A stretch of 64,000 nucleotides of DNA, from NCBI GenBank assembly GCA_038890615.1, contig JAWAFI010000001.1, positions 66,611 through 130,610 on the forward strand, written 5' to 3'. Of this stretch, positions 48,254 through 57,707 are shown one piece after another. Every line of letters begins with the position of its first letter. Within the stretch, counting starts at the first letter, position 1. The notes under the pieces were generated by a model. The model worked only from the letters and a program-made list of their open reading frames with translations. It did no database searches and had not been told where the DNA came from. The position numbers were made by a program, and so were the translations under genes. This DNA comes from Candidatus Anstonellales archaeon (GTDB taxonomy: Archaea > Micrarchaeota > Micrarchaeia > Anstonellales > J096).

Positions 48254-49446
48254 AGCCAGAAGATATAGCATGGATGTCCTTAAACAGCATAAGAAGGAGG
48301 AAGCTTAGGACATGGCTTACAGTGGCAAGCGTTGTGATAGGGGTTGTGGCGCTTACATTGCTCATTGGGGCTGGCACTGGCCTCCAGAAAGAAGTAAAGG
48401 AAACATTGGAGGTTTTTGGCCCAAAGATAGTGCAAGTAGTCCCAATAAGCTCAATAAGCGCAGCTGCGTTCTACAAGCCAAGGGTAATACGCTTCACCCC
48501 CCAGGACTTAAATGCAGTTAGGAACATGCCAGGGGTTGAGGCAGCTACTGCAGCTGTTTCAGGCAGGGCACTTATAGAATACAAGGGCTCAGAAGGGCAG
48601 GGTTTTATACTTGGGCTCGAGGCAGAGAATATAGAACGGCTTGTCGGCAATGTAGAGGTAAAGGAAGGCCGGCTGGTTGAGCCAGGGGAGAAGGCAGTAG
48701 TAGTAGGTGAGGTTTTTGCAGAAAATGGGTTTGTTAACAAGAAGGTAGAGCTTGGAAGCTTCCTTACTGTCGCAAACAGGAGCTATAGGGTAGTAGGCAT
48801 ACTTAAGAAAACAGGGGCAATGGCAAGCCCTGTGGACAGCGGCATTTTCATGGAGCTTGATGAGGCAAGGTACGCCCTAAAAAAGGAAAAGAATGAGATT
48901 GATGCCATAAGGGCAGTTGTTTCAGATGCCTACGATACTGAAGAGGTTGCACAAAACATAAAGGACAGGATTGCGTCGCTCCACAAGCTTAACGATGAAG
49001 AAAAGGACAGCTTTTCTGTGGTAACGGCAAAATCAATACAAAGCACAGTAGACAGCGTGCTATCCATGCTCACTACTTTTCTTGGAGGGCTTGGGCTAAT
49101 CTCTGTAATAGTTGGCACAGTTGGAAGCATGAACACAATGTATATGAGTGTCATTGAAAGGACAAGGGAAATAGGGATACTCAGCTCAATAGGGGCAAGG
49201 AAAAAGGAGATAGTGGCTATGTTCATGCTTGAGAGCCTCATCATAAGCTTAATTGGGGGGCTCGTAGGGCTTGGAATAAGCTTTTCGATAGCGTTTCTTG
49301 CGAGCGAATATGTGCCAATAGAAATATCCCTTGAGCTTGTGGCAGGGATAATGGCCTTATGCCTTGCTTCAGGTGTTATTGCAGGATACAGCCCAGCAAT
49401 GCAGGCAGCTTCAGTAGAGCCAACAGTGGCTTTGAGGTATGAGTAA
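48250..49446 (+). CDS. ABC transporter permease (MacB/FtsX family)
   Basis: RTWLT...VIGV, large extracellular domain, NTMYMSVIERTREIGI..SIGA, P..ALRYE. Confidence 0.93.
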   Translation: MKPEDIAWMSLNSIRRRKLRTWLTVASVVIGVVALTLLIGAGTGLQKEVKETLEVFGPKIVQVVPISSISAAAFYKPRVIRFTPQDLNAVRNMPGVEAATAAVSGRALIEYKGSEGQGFILGLEAENIERLVGNVEVKEGRLVEPGEKAVVVGEVFAENGFVNKKVELGSFLTVANRSYRVVGILKKTGAMASPVDSGIFMELDEARYALKKEKNEIDAIRAVVSDAYDTEEVAQNIKDRIASLHKLNDEEKDSFSVVTAKSIQSTVDSVLSMLTTFLGGLGLISVIVGTVGSMNTMYMSVIERTREIGILSSIGARKKEIVAMFMLESLIISLIGGLVGLGISFSIAFLASEYVPIEISLELVAGIMALCLASGVIAGYSPAMQAASVEPTVALRYE

Positions 49447-50661
49447 ATGAAGCTTTCATCAATGGCTGAGCAGGTTGCAAAAAAGATAAGGCAGAGAGGG
49501 ATTAGGAGCTGGCTAACTATGCTTGGGATGGTCATAGGGGTTGCTGCCATATTCTCCCTTTTATCTATAAGCTTGGGCGTTAATGAAGAGGTTGCCAAGC
49601 AGCTTGAGATGTTCGGGAGCGACACAATAATAGTGTACAATGTTCCTGAGCAATCAATAATATCAAGCGGAGGGGGCCTGCTAGGAGCATCAGGAAGAAT
49701 AACAAAAAAAGACACAGACAGCGTGAGGACAACTATAGGCGTAAAAACAGTCACGAGGGCGCTTTATGACAGGGAATCTATATCATATAAAGGGGAAAAC
49801 ATAAGCCTCTATGTGGTTGGCTATGATGCCTCTGTGTTTGAGCAGTTCAGTGTAATAAAGGCTGAGAAAGGAAGGCTTTACGAGGAAGGGGAAAGAGGCG
49901 TGGTAGTGGTAGGAAGCTCTGTTGCTAAGGATTACTTCAAAGATGAAATTAAGGTAAACAGCCAAATTGTGATAGAGAACAAGACCTTCACTGTGGTTGG
50001 CATACTTGAGGAGCAGAGGGGCCTCTCAACAGAGGATATGAACAGTTACATAATTATACCTTATGAAGACGCTGAGCTCATAATGAGGGATGCATTCAGG
50101 GAAGGGGATGTCTATGCGCTTGTAATAACAGTAGATGAGAGCTTCAGCACAAAGGAGGTAGCAGAGAACATAAAATACAAGATAGCTGCAAACCACAGGG
50201 TAGATGTTGATGAGCCTGATTTTAGCGTGATTACAATGGAAACAACAGCAGAGATGGTTGGCAGCATAATAGGGGTTGTTAATGCAGTTCTAAGCTTCAC
50301 AGGAGGAATTGCTGTTGTAGTTGGCGCAATAGGGATCGCAAACTCGATGTTCATGAGCGTTGTGGAGAGGAGGAAAGAGATAGGCATAATGAGGGCAATA
50401 GGGGCTCGCAAGCAGGAAGTGGAGATGATGTTCCTTATGGAGAGCGCAGCCCTAGGGCTTTTGGCAGGAATGGCAGGGGTGCTTATATCAGGGGCGCTGC
50501 TCTATGCTGGCTCATTGGTTGGAGTGCCAGTTGTTTTCTCTCCTTTGGTTTTCCTAGCAACTGTTTTGGGGTCAATGGCAATAGGCACTATTGCAGGCTT
50601 TGTGCCTGCCAAGCAGGCAACAGAGGTGAACCCAGTTGAGGCAATGCACTATGATTTCTGA
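49447..50661 (+). CDS. ABC transporter permease (MacB/FtsX family), second copy
   Basis: RSWLTMLGMVIGV, NSMFMSVVERRKEIGIMRAIGA, NPVEAM. Confidence 0.93.
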   Translation: MKLSSMAEQVAKKIRQRGIRSWLTMLGMVIGVAAIFSLLSISLGVNEEVAKQLEMFGSDTIIVYNVPEQSIISSGGGLLGASGRITKKDTDSVRTTIGVKTVTRALYDRESISYKGENISLYVVGYDASVFEQFSVIKAEKGRLYEEGERGVVVVGSSVAKDYFKDEIKVNSQIVIENKTFTVVGILEEQRGLSTEDMNSYIIIPYEDAELIMRDAFREGDVYALVITVDESFSTKEVAENIKYKIAANHRVDVDEPDFSVITMETTAEMVGSIIGVVNAVLSFTGGIAVVVGAIGIANSMFMSVVERRKEIGIMRAIGARKQEVEMMFLMESAALGLLAGMAGVLISGALLYAGSLVGVPVVFSPLVFLATVLGSMAIGTIAGFVPAKQATEVNPVEAMHYDF

Positions 50662-51077
50662 GGCAGGGGGGGCAAAGAGCAGAGGTGCTTTGCACCCAAA
50701 ATGCAGCACACTTCTGAAAGGAGCTCAATGCGCTCCTCATCATCAAACCCCTTCATCAAGGAATCAAGCTTATTGAGCTTGAGCGGGAAAAATAGCTCAA
50801 CGTCCTTTAAAAAGCTTTTACCCTTGAATTCAGCTGGAGCAGCAAAGGAAGGGCTGAATGAAGAGGGAAAAGGAAGAAGAAGCCTTTTCACACCTGCCTT
50901 TGAGCAGGCTTTCAGGTAAGAGGACGGCTCTTCTGGAAGCTGGGAAGGGGGGATGTGCTTGGAAGCGATATGTATTATAAGAGCGCCTGGGAGCGTTGAA
51001 GGGTATGCAACTGCATAGCTCTCCCTAATAGAGGAAAGAACTGACTTCTTCACGAGCAAGGCTGCTTCTGAAAGCAT
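50649..51077 (-). CDS. Hypothetical protein
   Basis: 142-aa ORF filling the gap between the ABC operon and tRNA-Arg; no confident family assignment. Confidence 0.5.
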   Translation of the reverse strand: MLSEAALLVKKSVLSSIRESYAVAYPSTLPGALIIHIASKHIPPSQLPEEPSSYLKACSKAGVKRLLLPFPSSFSPSFAAPAEFKGKSFLKDVELFFPLKLNKLDSLMKGFDDEERIELLSEVCCILGAKHLCSLPPLPQKS

Positions 51078-51078
51078 A

Positions 51079-51153
51079 CGGGCCCGAAGGGATTTGAACC
51101 CCTGGCCAACAGCTTAGAAGGCTGCCGCTCTGTCCAGGCTGAGCTACGGGCCC
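51079..51153 (-). tRNA. tRNA-Arg(TCT)
   Basis: Minus strand reads GGGCCCGTAGCTCAGCCTGGACAGAGCGGCAGCCTTCTAAGCTGTTGGCCAGGGGTTCAAATCCCTTCGGGCCCG; anticodon loop CT-TCT-AA; no intron. Confidence 0.95.
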
Positions 51154-51189
51154 AATTAGTGTATAAGTATGCATAGCAACAATTTTAAG

Positions 51190-52011
51190 CTATATGTGCA
51201 CCCTAAGGAATTTCGCTGCTTCTCTCTTTTTTGCTGGTTCCTCGCTTTCTTTTCCATACGAAGCAACTGCCAACGCCATTCCTACTAATGAGCCACCGAA
51301 CATTACTTTTAATAGGTCGCCTGCTTTGAATGGCTCGGATGAAACAATTGAAGAGAAGAAAAGCGGCATTCCATCCTTTATTGGCTTTATGGCTTCTTTC
51401 TTTATTTCAACAACCTTTCCCGGGAGGGCCTTTTCAGGAGGGAGCAGGGCAGCAGGGGTTTCGCCCTTTGCAAGGCACTCAATAAAGTTGTCTATTGTTA
51501 TGCATTGGCTCTCCCTCCAATTGCCGAAGGCAGTGCGCCTCAACTCATCCATCCTCCCTTTTATGCCCAATGCCTTACCTATGTCCTCGCACAGCACCCT
51601 TATGTAAGTGCCTGCTTCGACATTTGCAATGAAAAGTACCTTTTTTCCCTGAATCTCAACAATATCCAGCGAATAAACCTTCCTCTTCCTGTTCCTTCTA
51701 GCCACTGCGCTTATTTTCGGAGGCATCTGGGTTATCTCGCCTGTGAAAGCCCTGAAGACGCGCTCAATCCGCTCCCTTGGCACTTCTTCAGACAGCTTTA
51801 ATATCCCGACATATTCCTTTGTTTCCCTGTCTAAAAATTGAATAAGCTTCCTTGAGCGCCCTATTGCTATGGGAAGCACGCCGCTCACATTTGGATCAAG
51901 GGTGCCTATGTGGCCACACTTCTTCCCTACAAGCTTTGAAATAAGCGCAGTGGCCTCTGAGCTTGCAATTTTAGGAGGCTTGTCAAGGAGCAGGAAGCCC
52001 TCAAGTTCCAT
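51190..52011 (-). CDS. cbf5: Pseudouridine synthase Cbf5/TruB with PUA domain
   Basis: LDKP, GHIGTLDPNVSGVLP, KEYV, QMPPKISAV, AGTYIR; position after rpl14e. Confidence 0.93.
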   Translation of the reverse strand: MELEGFLLLDKPPKIASSEATALISKLVGKKCGHIGTLDPNVSGVLPIAIGRSRKLIQFLDRETKEYVGILKLSEEVPRERIERVFRAFTGEITQMPPKISAVARRNRKRKVYSLDIVEIQGKKVLFIANVEAGTYIRVLCEDIGKALGIKGRMDELRRTAFGNWRESQCITIDNFIECLAKGETPAALLPPEKALPGKVVEIKKEAIKPIKDGMPLFFSSIVSSEPFKAGDLLKVMFGGSLVGMALAVASYGKESEEPAKKREAAKFLRVHI

Positions 52012-52184
52012 TATTTCTTGCCTATTGGCTCAAGGTGCTTTATGTTCATTCTCCTTTCTTTGCCCTTTGAATCCACCACGAGCACGAAAGGCCCTTCAAT
52101 GACTTTAGATATGACTACCTCTGACCCAGCCCTCCTCCCCTTCGTAATAACAGCTATTGTGCCTTTCTCTATTGCTGCCATCAT
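52011..52184 (-). CDS. rpl14e: 50S ribosomal protein eL14 (not in the ORF track; 57 aa)
   Basis: Manual translation MMAAIEKGTIAVITKGRRAGSEVVISKVIEGPFVLVVDSKGKERRMNIKHLEPIGKK; canonical cmk-L14e-cbf5 order. Confidence 0.9.
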   Translation of the reverse strand: MMAAIEKGTIAVITKGRRAGSEVVISKVIEGPFVLVVDSKGKERRMNIKHLEPIGKK

Positions 52185-52690
52185 AACCACCTTTTTGCGA
52201 GCATGACAAACTCAAGCAGCTGCTCAGGCTTGTAGCGCTCACTGCTCAAAACCAAGTCGTACCTCTCGTAATTCGTAATGTCTATATTGTAAAGCTTTAA
52301 ATACCTTTTCCTGTTGCTGTTCTCCCTTTCCCTTATGTACTTTATTGCCTCTTCTTCTGAAATGCCCTCCCTTTTTGCAACCCTCTGTGCCCTGACTTCC
52401 TCTGAAGCATATAGGAAAATCCTCAGCTCTGCCGGGAGTATCCAAGGGCCAAGCCATGTGGAGGTTACGCAGTCGCCCTTTGCTGCCTCCCTTTTTTGCA
52501 TGTCATCAAATTCCTTGTCTATGGATGGGTCCTTCTCTGCAAGCCTCTGGAGCTCAATCAAGGAAATCCCCTTTTGCTTTGCCAGGTCCTTGAAAGTAAG
52601 GTTCAGGTGCCTCATGCCTGTCTTTGACGCAACAAGCTGTGCCAATGTATCCTTCCCTGAACCAACAAGGCCTGTTATTGCGATTATCAT
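52181..52690 (-). CDS. cmk: Cytidylate kinase (archaeal type)
   Basis: ITGLVGSGK, IDKEFD, RAQRVAKRE, RY.KLYNIDI. Confidence 0.9.
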   Translation of the reverse strand: MIIAITGLVGSGKDTLAQLVASKTGMRHLNLTFKDLAKQKGISLIELQRLAEKDPSIDKEFDDMQKREAAKGDCVTSTWLGPWILPAELRIFLYASEEVRAQRVAKREGISEEEAIKYIRERENSNRKRYLKLYNIDITNYERYDLVLSSERYKPEQLLEFVMLAKRWL

Positions 52691-52953
52691 ATAAATCTTC
52701 TTATGTCAATTGGGACATCGCTGGCTTTCATATAGCCTTCCTTTAGGCGAGCCCTAATCACAAGCACCCTTTCTGCGCATGCATGGCAGAGCACCTGCGA
52801 GAACTTGCGGGAGGTTTTCTTTGACTCTGCGCCACAAACCGCGCATGAATGCCTTTGCTTCTTGGCTCTCCTCTTGTATACCTCTTTTGTCCCTTTCGCT
52901 GTCTTCCTGAATAACTTCCTAATGCTTGTGCTCCTGTCCTTAGGTCTTGGCAT
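52687..52953 (-). CDS. rpl34e: 50S ribosomal protein eL34
   Basis: MPRP..RS...RK...KT, CAVC and LCHAC; position before cmk. Confidence 0.8.
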   Translation of the reverse strand: MPRPKDRSTSIRKLFRKTAKGTKEVYKRRAKKQRHSCAVCGAESKKTSRKFSQVLCHACAERVLVIRARLKEGYMKASDVPIDIRRFI

Positions 52954-53000
52954 AAAGAATCACTTAGCATTTATAGGATGCTGGTTTAAAAAGATTTGTT

Positions 53001-53768
53001 TTATGGATTGCGCTGCATTTCCTGCTTTTGGGCAATCACCTTCCTACTCGCTGCCTCAACTAGGGATAAAGCAATATTGGCTAAAAAGCTTGAAAAAATG
53101 AAAAGCCAGAGCGGCTCGTATATTGTGTGTATGTTAAAGATAGGTATTGCGAAAGGGAGCTCCCATTTTGCCCTTGTTGCTTGGTCTATTCTCACAGAAG
53201 CTTTGTATGGCGCTGTTATCACCACTTCCTGCGGCTCTGCTATTTCGGGCGGGCTGACAGCTGCTCCTGAATCCCGCGGGTGAAGAGGTATTGGCTCATC
53301 AATTGCAAACACAAGCTTAAGCTCATCGCTTTTGTCGCCTGAAATGAATATCTTGTAGGTGCCTTGGCTTTGAGGGGTAAAGCAATAGGAATAGTTTCCA
53401 TCACCTGCAACCTTATCGCAACCCATCCCATCATCAACCAACTCAGCATTTATATCATCCTTGGCATAGGGATCAACGAGCCCAAGCACCCATGTGAACG
53501 AAAGGAAGATTGCAAGGACAGCAAATGTTATCAGCATTGCCCTAATTATTTCCTTGTTCATCTCCCCCATTATCTTCTTCTGCTCTTCGTAAATCTCATC
53601 AAGCTTCTTCTTGTTGTGCTCGTTCTTTTTGATTTCCTCCGCTAGTTTGCGAAGCTTGTCGCTCTGCTCGCGCATCCTCTTCTGGTCTGAATACCTCCCC
53701 CTTATGAACCTGACTGCAATAATGTAAAATAATGAAAGCGCAACGATCAGTGCGTCAAACCATATCAC
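53001..53768 (-). CDS. EMC3/TMCO1 (DUF106, Oxa1 superfamily) membrane protein with an inserted extracellular domain
   Basis: TM, coiled coil, TM ... LPF.IP....WLFI TM; canonical position between adk and rpl34e. Confidence 0.8.
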   Translation of the reverse strand: MIWFDALIVALSLFYIIAVRFIRGRYSDQKRMREQSDKLRKLAEEIKKNEHNKKKLDEIYEEQKKIMGEMNKEIIRAMLITFAVLAIFLSFTWVLGLVDPYAKDDINAELVDDGMGCDKVAGDGNYSYCFTPQSQGTYKIFISGDKSDELKLVFAIDEPIPLHPRDSGAAVSPPEIAEPQEVVITAPYKASVRIDQATRAKWELPFAIPIFNIHTIYEPLWLFIFSSFLANIALSLVEAASRKVIAQKQEMQRNP

Positions 53769-54307
53769 TTAAGCAACCTCTCTATGACCTCTGCTGCCTT
53801 TGCCTGCTTGCCCTGCTCGTTCCTTACCAACATAGCAGGCACGCCCTTATAGGCAGAATAAGAGGCAATGAAGGCCTTGTTGATTGTGTCTTGCTCCTCT
53901 ATGTCCTCTAATGTATCATCATCCCTCTTCCTGGTCGGATCCTCTTTTCTCCTTAAAAGGATTTCCTCAGGCTTAGCTGTTATGAGAACAAACGCCTTCA
54001 CTTTGAGAAGCCTTAGCACATGGAGCGGAAGCCCAGGAAAGTAGCCCTCAGGGGTCCTAACAGTTGCATGGGTATCTAGGATAGCAGGCTTCAGCTTAGA
54101 CAATTTCCTTGCAACCTTTATCTGCAACTCCCTTGTCTGCCTGGCTGAAAGCTTCTTCCTCATCTCGTCCCTGTTTGAAACAAGCTTGTCCTTGAGAGCC
54201 ATCTCGTACATCAGGTCGCCGAAGTTTACTACGAAGTAGCCCTTTTCCTTAAGCAGGTTGAGCACTGTGGTCTTTCCTGCCCCAGGAAGGCCTGTGATAA
54301 CTATCAT
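53765..54307 (-). CDS. adkA: Adenylate kinase (archaeal type)
   Basis: GLPGAGKTT, NFGDLM, RDEMRK, LDTH, GYFPGLP, RRKEDPTRKRD. Confidence 0.95.
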   Translation of the reverse strand: MIVITGLPGAGKTTVLNLLKEKGYFVVNFGDLMYEMALKDKLVSNRDEMRKKLSARQTRELQIKVARKLSKLKPAILDTHATVRTPEGYFPGLPLHVLRLLKVKAFVLITAKPEEILLRRKEDPTRKRDDDTLEDIEEQDTINKAFIASYSAYKGVPAMLVRNEQGKQAKAAEVIERLLK

Positions 54308-55728
54308 TCGAACAACTCCTTTAAGCTTGGATAGGCTTCAAAAAGGCCCATCCTTTCTACCTGTATGAAAGTCCTGTAAAGTATGCTTACTGTAAGCAAG
54401 ATCCCTGTGCCGCTTCCAAGCGCCCCTATTATGTCAGCAATGGCTGCCAAAAGCCCTACAAGGGCGCTTCCTGCAACAATCAAGTAAGGTATGTATTCCT
54501 CAAGCTTCTTCTCCATTAGGCGCGGGTCGCTCCTGAATCCCGGAATGCCCAAGTTAGCTTTGTTAAGCTGCCTTGCCATGCTTTTTGTATCATAGCCGGC
54601 TGTTTCTGCCCAGAATATGCCGAATATAATCGACAAAAACATGAGGGTAATTGCATAAACAAGGGCATGTATATATTCAGGCACTTGGAAGATTGGTGAA
54701 ACGCCATTGAGCAGGAAGTTGAAGTTTTGGGCAGCATCAAGGCCTGTATGCAAGGGAGACATTAAGTAGAGGAGACCATCCCTTAGCATGTTTGTTGAAT
54801 CAACAAAGCCAATCATAGGCACTATGTCAACCCCGCCAACTTCAAAGTGAACATCCTTTAGTGCCATTGCGAAAAGCCTGAGGTTGAGGATGAAAGCGCT
54901 TGCGAATATCACTGGTATGTTGGAAAGGTAAAGGAGTTGGAGGGGTATTGAGTTTAGTACACCCCTGCCTGTGTTGAAGCGCACTGGTATGTGGACAACT
55001 ATCCCTTCCCCGTAAGCCACTGCTATGAATGTAAGTATAGTGGCAAAGAGAGGGGAAAGCTTTATGAGCATCTGCGGGAAGGCTTCAGCCCCTCCATTCG
55101 CAAATATCTCAAGCACCCCGTTGTTGCCAACAAGTATTGCAGAGATGCCTGCAAAAACTGAATAAGAAACCCCTGCTGCTATGAAAAGGCTTATTCCGCT
55201 TGTTATTCCGTACTTTGAAAGTATTTCATCAAGGTACATCAGGATTACAGTGCCAAGGGTTATCTGCAAAGCAACAAATATTACCAAATCTATGCCATGG
55301 CTAACTAGGGTTATTGTGCCGCTGCTTGCGAATATGTATGCCTCCCCCATTGCTATGATTACTGTCAGGACCTTCTGTATTGAGTGGAACTTCTGCCTCC
55401 CCTCAGGAGAATGCATGTCAAGCGATATTATGCCGCTCACTGAGAAAAGTTGGAGGAATATGCTGGCTAATATAATGGGCCCTATGCCAACTGTAAGAAG
55501 AGTGCCCAAGCTGCTTGCAGTTATGGCGCTAAGGAAGCTGAAGCCCTGCGACGCTGAATACATCACCCCTATAACAGGGGTATGGTACATCACAAAGAAC
55601 AGTATAAGCGCTGCAAGCGTCCACATGAACTTCTCTTTTATGCCGGGCTGAATCAGAGGGTCTGCTATAGTTGGGAATGCTTTTGAGACAGCATAAAGGC
55701 CATCGACCACAGAATCAGATATCCCCAT
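54304..55728 (-). CDS. secY: Preprotein translocase subunit SecY
   Basis: GIGPII.ASI, DE..SKYG..SGISLFIAAG, SNIPVIFA, IPGFRSD, GSGTGILLTV. Confidence 0.97.
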   Translation of the reverse strand: MGISDSVVDGLYAVSKAFPTIADPLIQPGIKEKFMWTLAALILFFVMYHTPVIGVMYSASQGFSFLSAITASSLGTLLTVGIGPIILASIFLQLFSVSGIISLDMHSPEGRQKFHSIQKVLTVIIAMGEAYIFASSGTITLVSHGIDLVIFVALQITLGTVILMYLDEILSKYGITSGISLFIAAGVSYSVFAGISAILVGNNGVLEIFANGGAEAFPQMLIKLSPLFATILTFIAVAYGEGIVVHIPVRFNTGRGVLNSIPLQLLYLSNIPVIFASAFILNLRLFAMALKDVHFEVGGVDIVPMIGFVDSTNMLRDGLLYLMSPLHTGLDAAQNFNFLLNGVSPIFQVPEYIHALVYAITLMFLSIIFGIFWAETAGYDTKSMARQLNKANLGIPGFRSDPRLMEKKLEEYIPYLIVAGSALVGLLAAIADIIGALGSGTGILLTVSILYRTFIQVERMGLFEAYPSLKELFE

Positions 55729-56132
55729 CAGAATCTCTCCGCCTTTCCTCCACTCCTTGTTATTGCCTCTTCAGCCTTCTTGGTGAACGAAACAGCTTTT
55801 ACATTCACAGGGCATGATAGAACCCCAGAGCCAAGCACTTTTCCTTTGAACTCAAAATAATAGGCATTCCCCTCTTTCTTGAGCTTGCCCTTGTCTGCCA
55901 TGTTCTGTATTTCAAAAAGGTTTATTGTATTTGGCCTCTTTCGCTTCTCCCTGAAGAATCCCTTTGAATAAAGCTCTTCTGGGGCATGCTTCAAGAACCA
56001 GAAAAACTTGTGCTTCCTTTTCCCTGCCTTTCCCCTTCCTCCCCTGTTCCCTGCCCCTCTCCTGTTTTTCACGTTGCCCCTCCCGAACCTCCTCCTTCCG
56101 AGGAACGCCTTTTTCTTCTTTGGGGTTCTCAT
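55728..56132 (-). CDS. rpl15: 50S ribosomal protein uL15
   Basis: RRGAGNRGGRGKAG, KVLGSG, KA...I...GG. Confidence 0.93.
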   Translation of the reverse strand: MRTPKKKKAFLGRRRFGRGNVKNRRGAGNRGGRGKAGKRKHKFFWFLKHAPEELYSKGFFREKRKRPNTINLFEIQNMADKGKLKKEGNAYYFEFKGKVLGSGVLSCPVNVKAVSFTKKAEEAITRSGGKAERF

Positions 56133-56555
56133 TCAGATCATCCTCCTTATAAGGCTGTCCATGCTTGGCCTCTTGCCAAGGTCGCCTGCAGGCCATTGCT
56201 TCTTTATGTCCTTGTACCCTTTTGATGGGGGCCTGCACCTGAATGCTTTCTTAAACCCTTCTGGGAATTCGAGGGCAAGCACTTTTTTGACTATCTCGTC
56301 TGCCTTTTCCTTTGGAAGCATAGAGAGCTTCTTTCCATTAAACTCGCCTTTTGCCCTTATCAGCTTTTCAGCAACTTCTGGGCTTATAGGCCCATAAGCA
56401 ATATAATCCTTGGCTTTAAGCAGCATGCCATTTGTGCTTGGGTCATCCTTAAGCAAAACGCAGTAGTTTGTCTTCCCAAGGTTCAGCATCTCAAGCGTTG
56501 CCTTTATTTGGGGAAGCATATTCCTTACCCCCCTTATCCTAACTGCAGCTATCAT
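56133..56555 (-). CDS. rpl30: 50S ribosomal protein uL30
   Basis: MIAAVRIRG, TLEMLNL, GML.KAKDYIAYG, PPSKGY, GDLG. Confidence 0.93.
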   Translation of the reverse strand: MIAAVRIRGVRNMLPQIKATLEMLNLGKTNYCVLLKDDPSTNGMLLKAKDYIAYGPISPEVAEKLIRAKGEFNGKKLSMLPKEKADEIVKKVLALEFPEGFKKAFRCRPPSKGYKDIKKQWPAGDLGKRPSMDSLIRRMI

Positions 56556-57181
56556 TCCAGCACCTCTAGAGGCTTTGATTCTGAAAGCGAAACAAGGGCA
56601 GCAACAGTCGCCTTTGCCATTGCAAGCGATCCGCTTCCTCCGTTTGCCTTGCTCCACACATCCTTTATCCCTGCAAGCTTGAGCACTGCTTTCACTATCT
56701 TGTTTGCAACAAGCCCTGTTCCCCTCGGGGCTGGCTTAAGCTCTACTGTTGTTGCGCCCCACTTGCCCTTGCCTTTCTTAGGGATTGAATGGGGAATGGA
56801 GCACTTGCACTCCCAGCTTCCGCAGCCGAATGGTATTGAGATTATTGAGCTTTTTGCGTCTGCTATTGCGTTTTCCAGCGAGAGGCGCACCTCCTCGCTC
56901 TTGCCTACCCCAACCCCAACATGCCCTTTCTTGTCACCAACTATTACCACTGATCGGAACTGCGTCCTCCTCCCAGAGTCAGTCATCCTCTGGGTGTTCC
57001 TCATCTCTATGTTTTCGTACTCAAGAGAAGGAAGCAATGCGTCAACAATCTCCGGCTCAAGGATCTTCCTTCCTGAGCTGAAGATCTCCTCCAGCCTTGT
57101 GATCCTTCCCTCTTTTACTGCCTTTCCAAGCTTTGTCCTTGGCTCCCATGATGAAAGATCAGGTTTTTCAAGTTCAGCCAT
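56552..57181 (-). CDS. rps5: 30S ribosomal protein uS5
   Basis: WEPRTKLG, RMTDSGRR, GCGSWEC, PAPRGTGLV. Confidence 0.96.
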   Translation of the reverse strand: MAELEKPDLSSWEPRTKLGKAVKEGRITRLEEIFSSGRKILEPEIVDALLPSLEYENIEMRNTQRMTDSGRRTQFRSVVIVGDKKGHVGVGVGKSEEVRLSLENAIADAKSSIISIPFGCGSWECKCSIPHSIPKKGKGKWGATTVELKPAPRGTGLVANKIVKAVLKLAGIKDVWSKANGGSGSLAMAKATVAALVSLSESKPLEVLE

Positions 57182-57707
57182 TCTTCTCACCTATCTTGCT
57201 CTTGACCATGTCAAAAAGCTCAGGGAGCTTTGACTGGTCAATCCCTTCTTTCTTGTAGTATGGTATTTCAGGCCCTTTTGCTATGTGCTCGCCCCTTATG
57301 CGCTCTTCAATGACCTTGCTCTCGCCATAAGGCACATCCATTCCTCCGTCATGCGCCCCCTTTAAAGCTGCGAACATTATTGCCCCTTTTGAGGGAGTGC
57401 TTTTTATGTCTGGCACGCACTTCTTTACCTTGCACACCTTTGAAAGGTAGAGCCCTGTCAAATATGCCGTCGGGGTGTTAAGAAGAGCCGGCCATCCAAA
57501 TTTCCTTAGCGCCATTGAATCAACCTGGCAAAGGAGTTTATCCCCTTTTTCGCTGAATTCAAATACCTGCGCTATTATCCTTCTGTTGGTCTTCCTTATA
57601 ACCAAGCGCGGAAGCCTGCTCTTAAGCAGCCTTAGCCGTTTCCTGTAGTCTGTCCTGCCTTTGCTCCTCCTGCTCAGTTTCGTTACATAAGTTGTTTTTG
57701 CCTTCAT
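57174..57707 (-). CDS. rpl18: 50S ribosomal protein uL18
   Basis: RR.KGRTDYRKRLRLLKS, RLVIRKTN, NTPTAYLTG, RIRGEHI. Confidence 0.95.
   Translation of the reverse strand: MKAKTTYVTKLSRRSKGRTDYRKRLRLLKSRLPRLVIRKTNRRIIAQVFEFSEKGDKLLCQVDSMALRKFGWPALLNTPTAYLTGLYLSKVCKVKKCVPDIKSTPSKGAIMFAALKGAHDGGMDVPYGESKVIEERIRGEHIAKGPEIPYYKKEGIDQSKLPELFDMVKSKIGEKNG

Noticed and set aside
50649..51077. Stand-alone ThrRS editing domain or RNase P Rpp30 identity for the 142-aa ORF
   Set aside because: Only a vague pattern resemblance (KRLLLPFPSSFS versus YPYAHLS); key residues are absent, so it is left as hypothetical.
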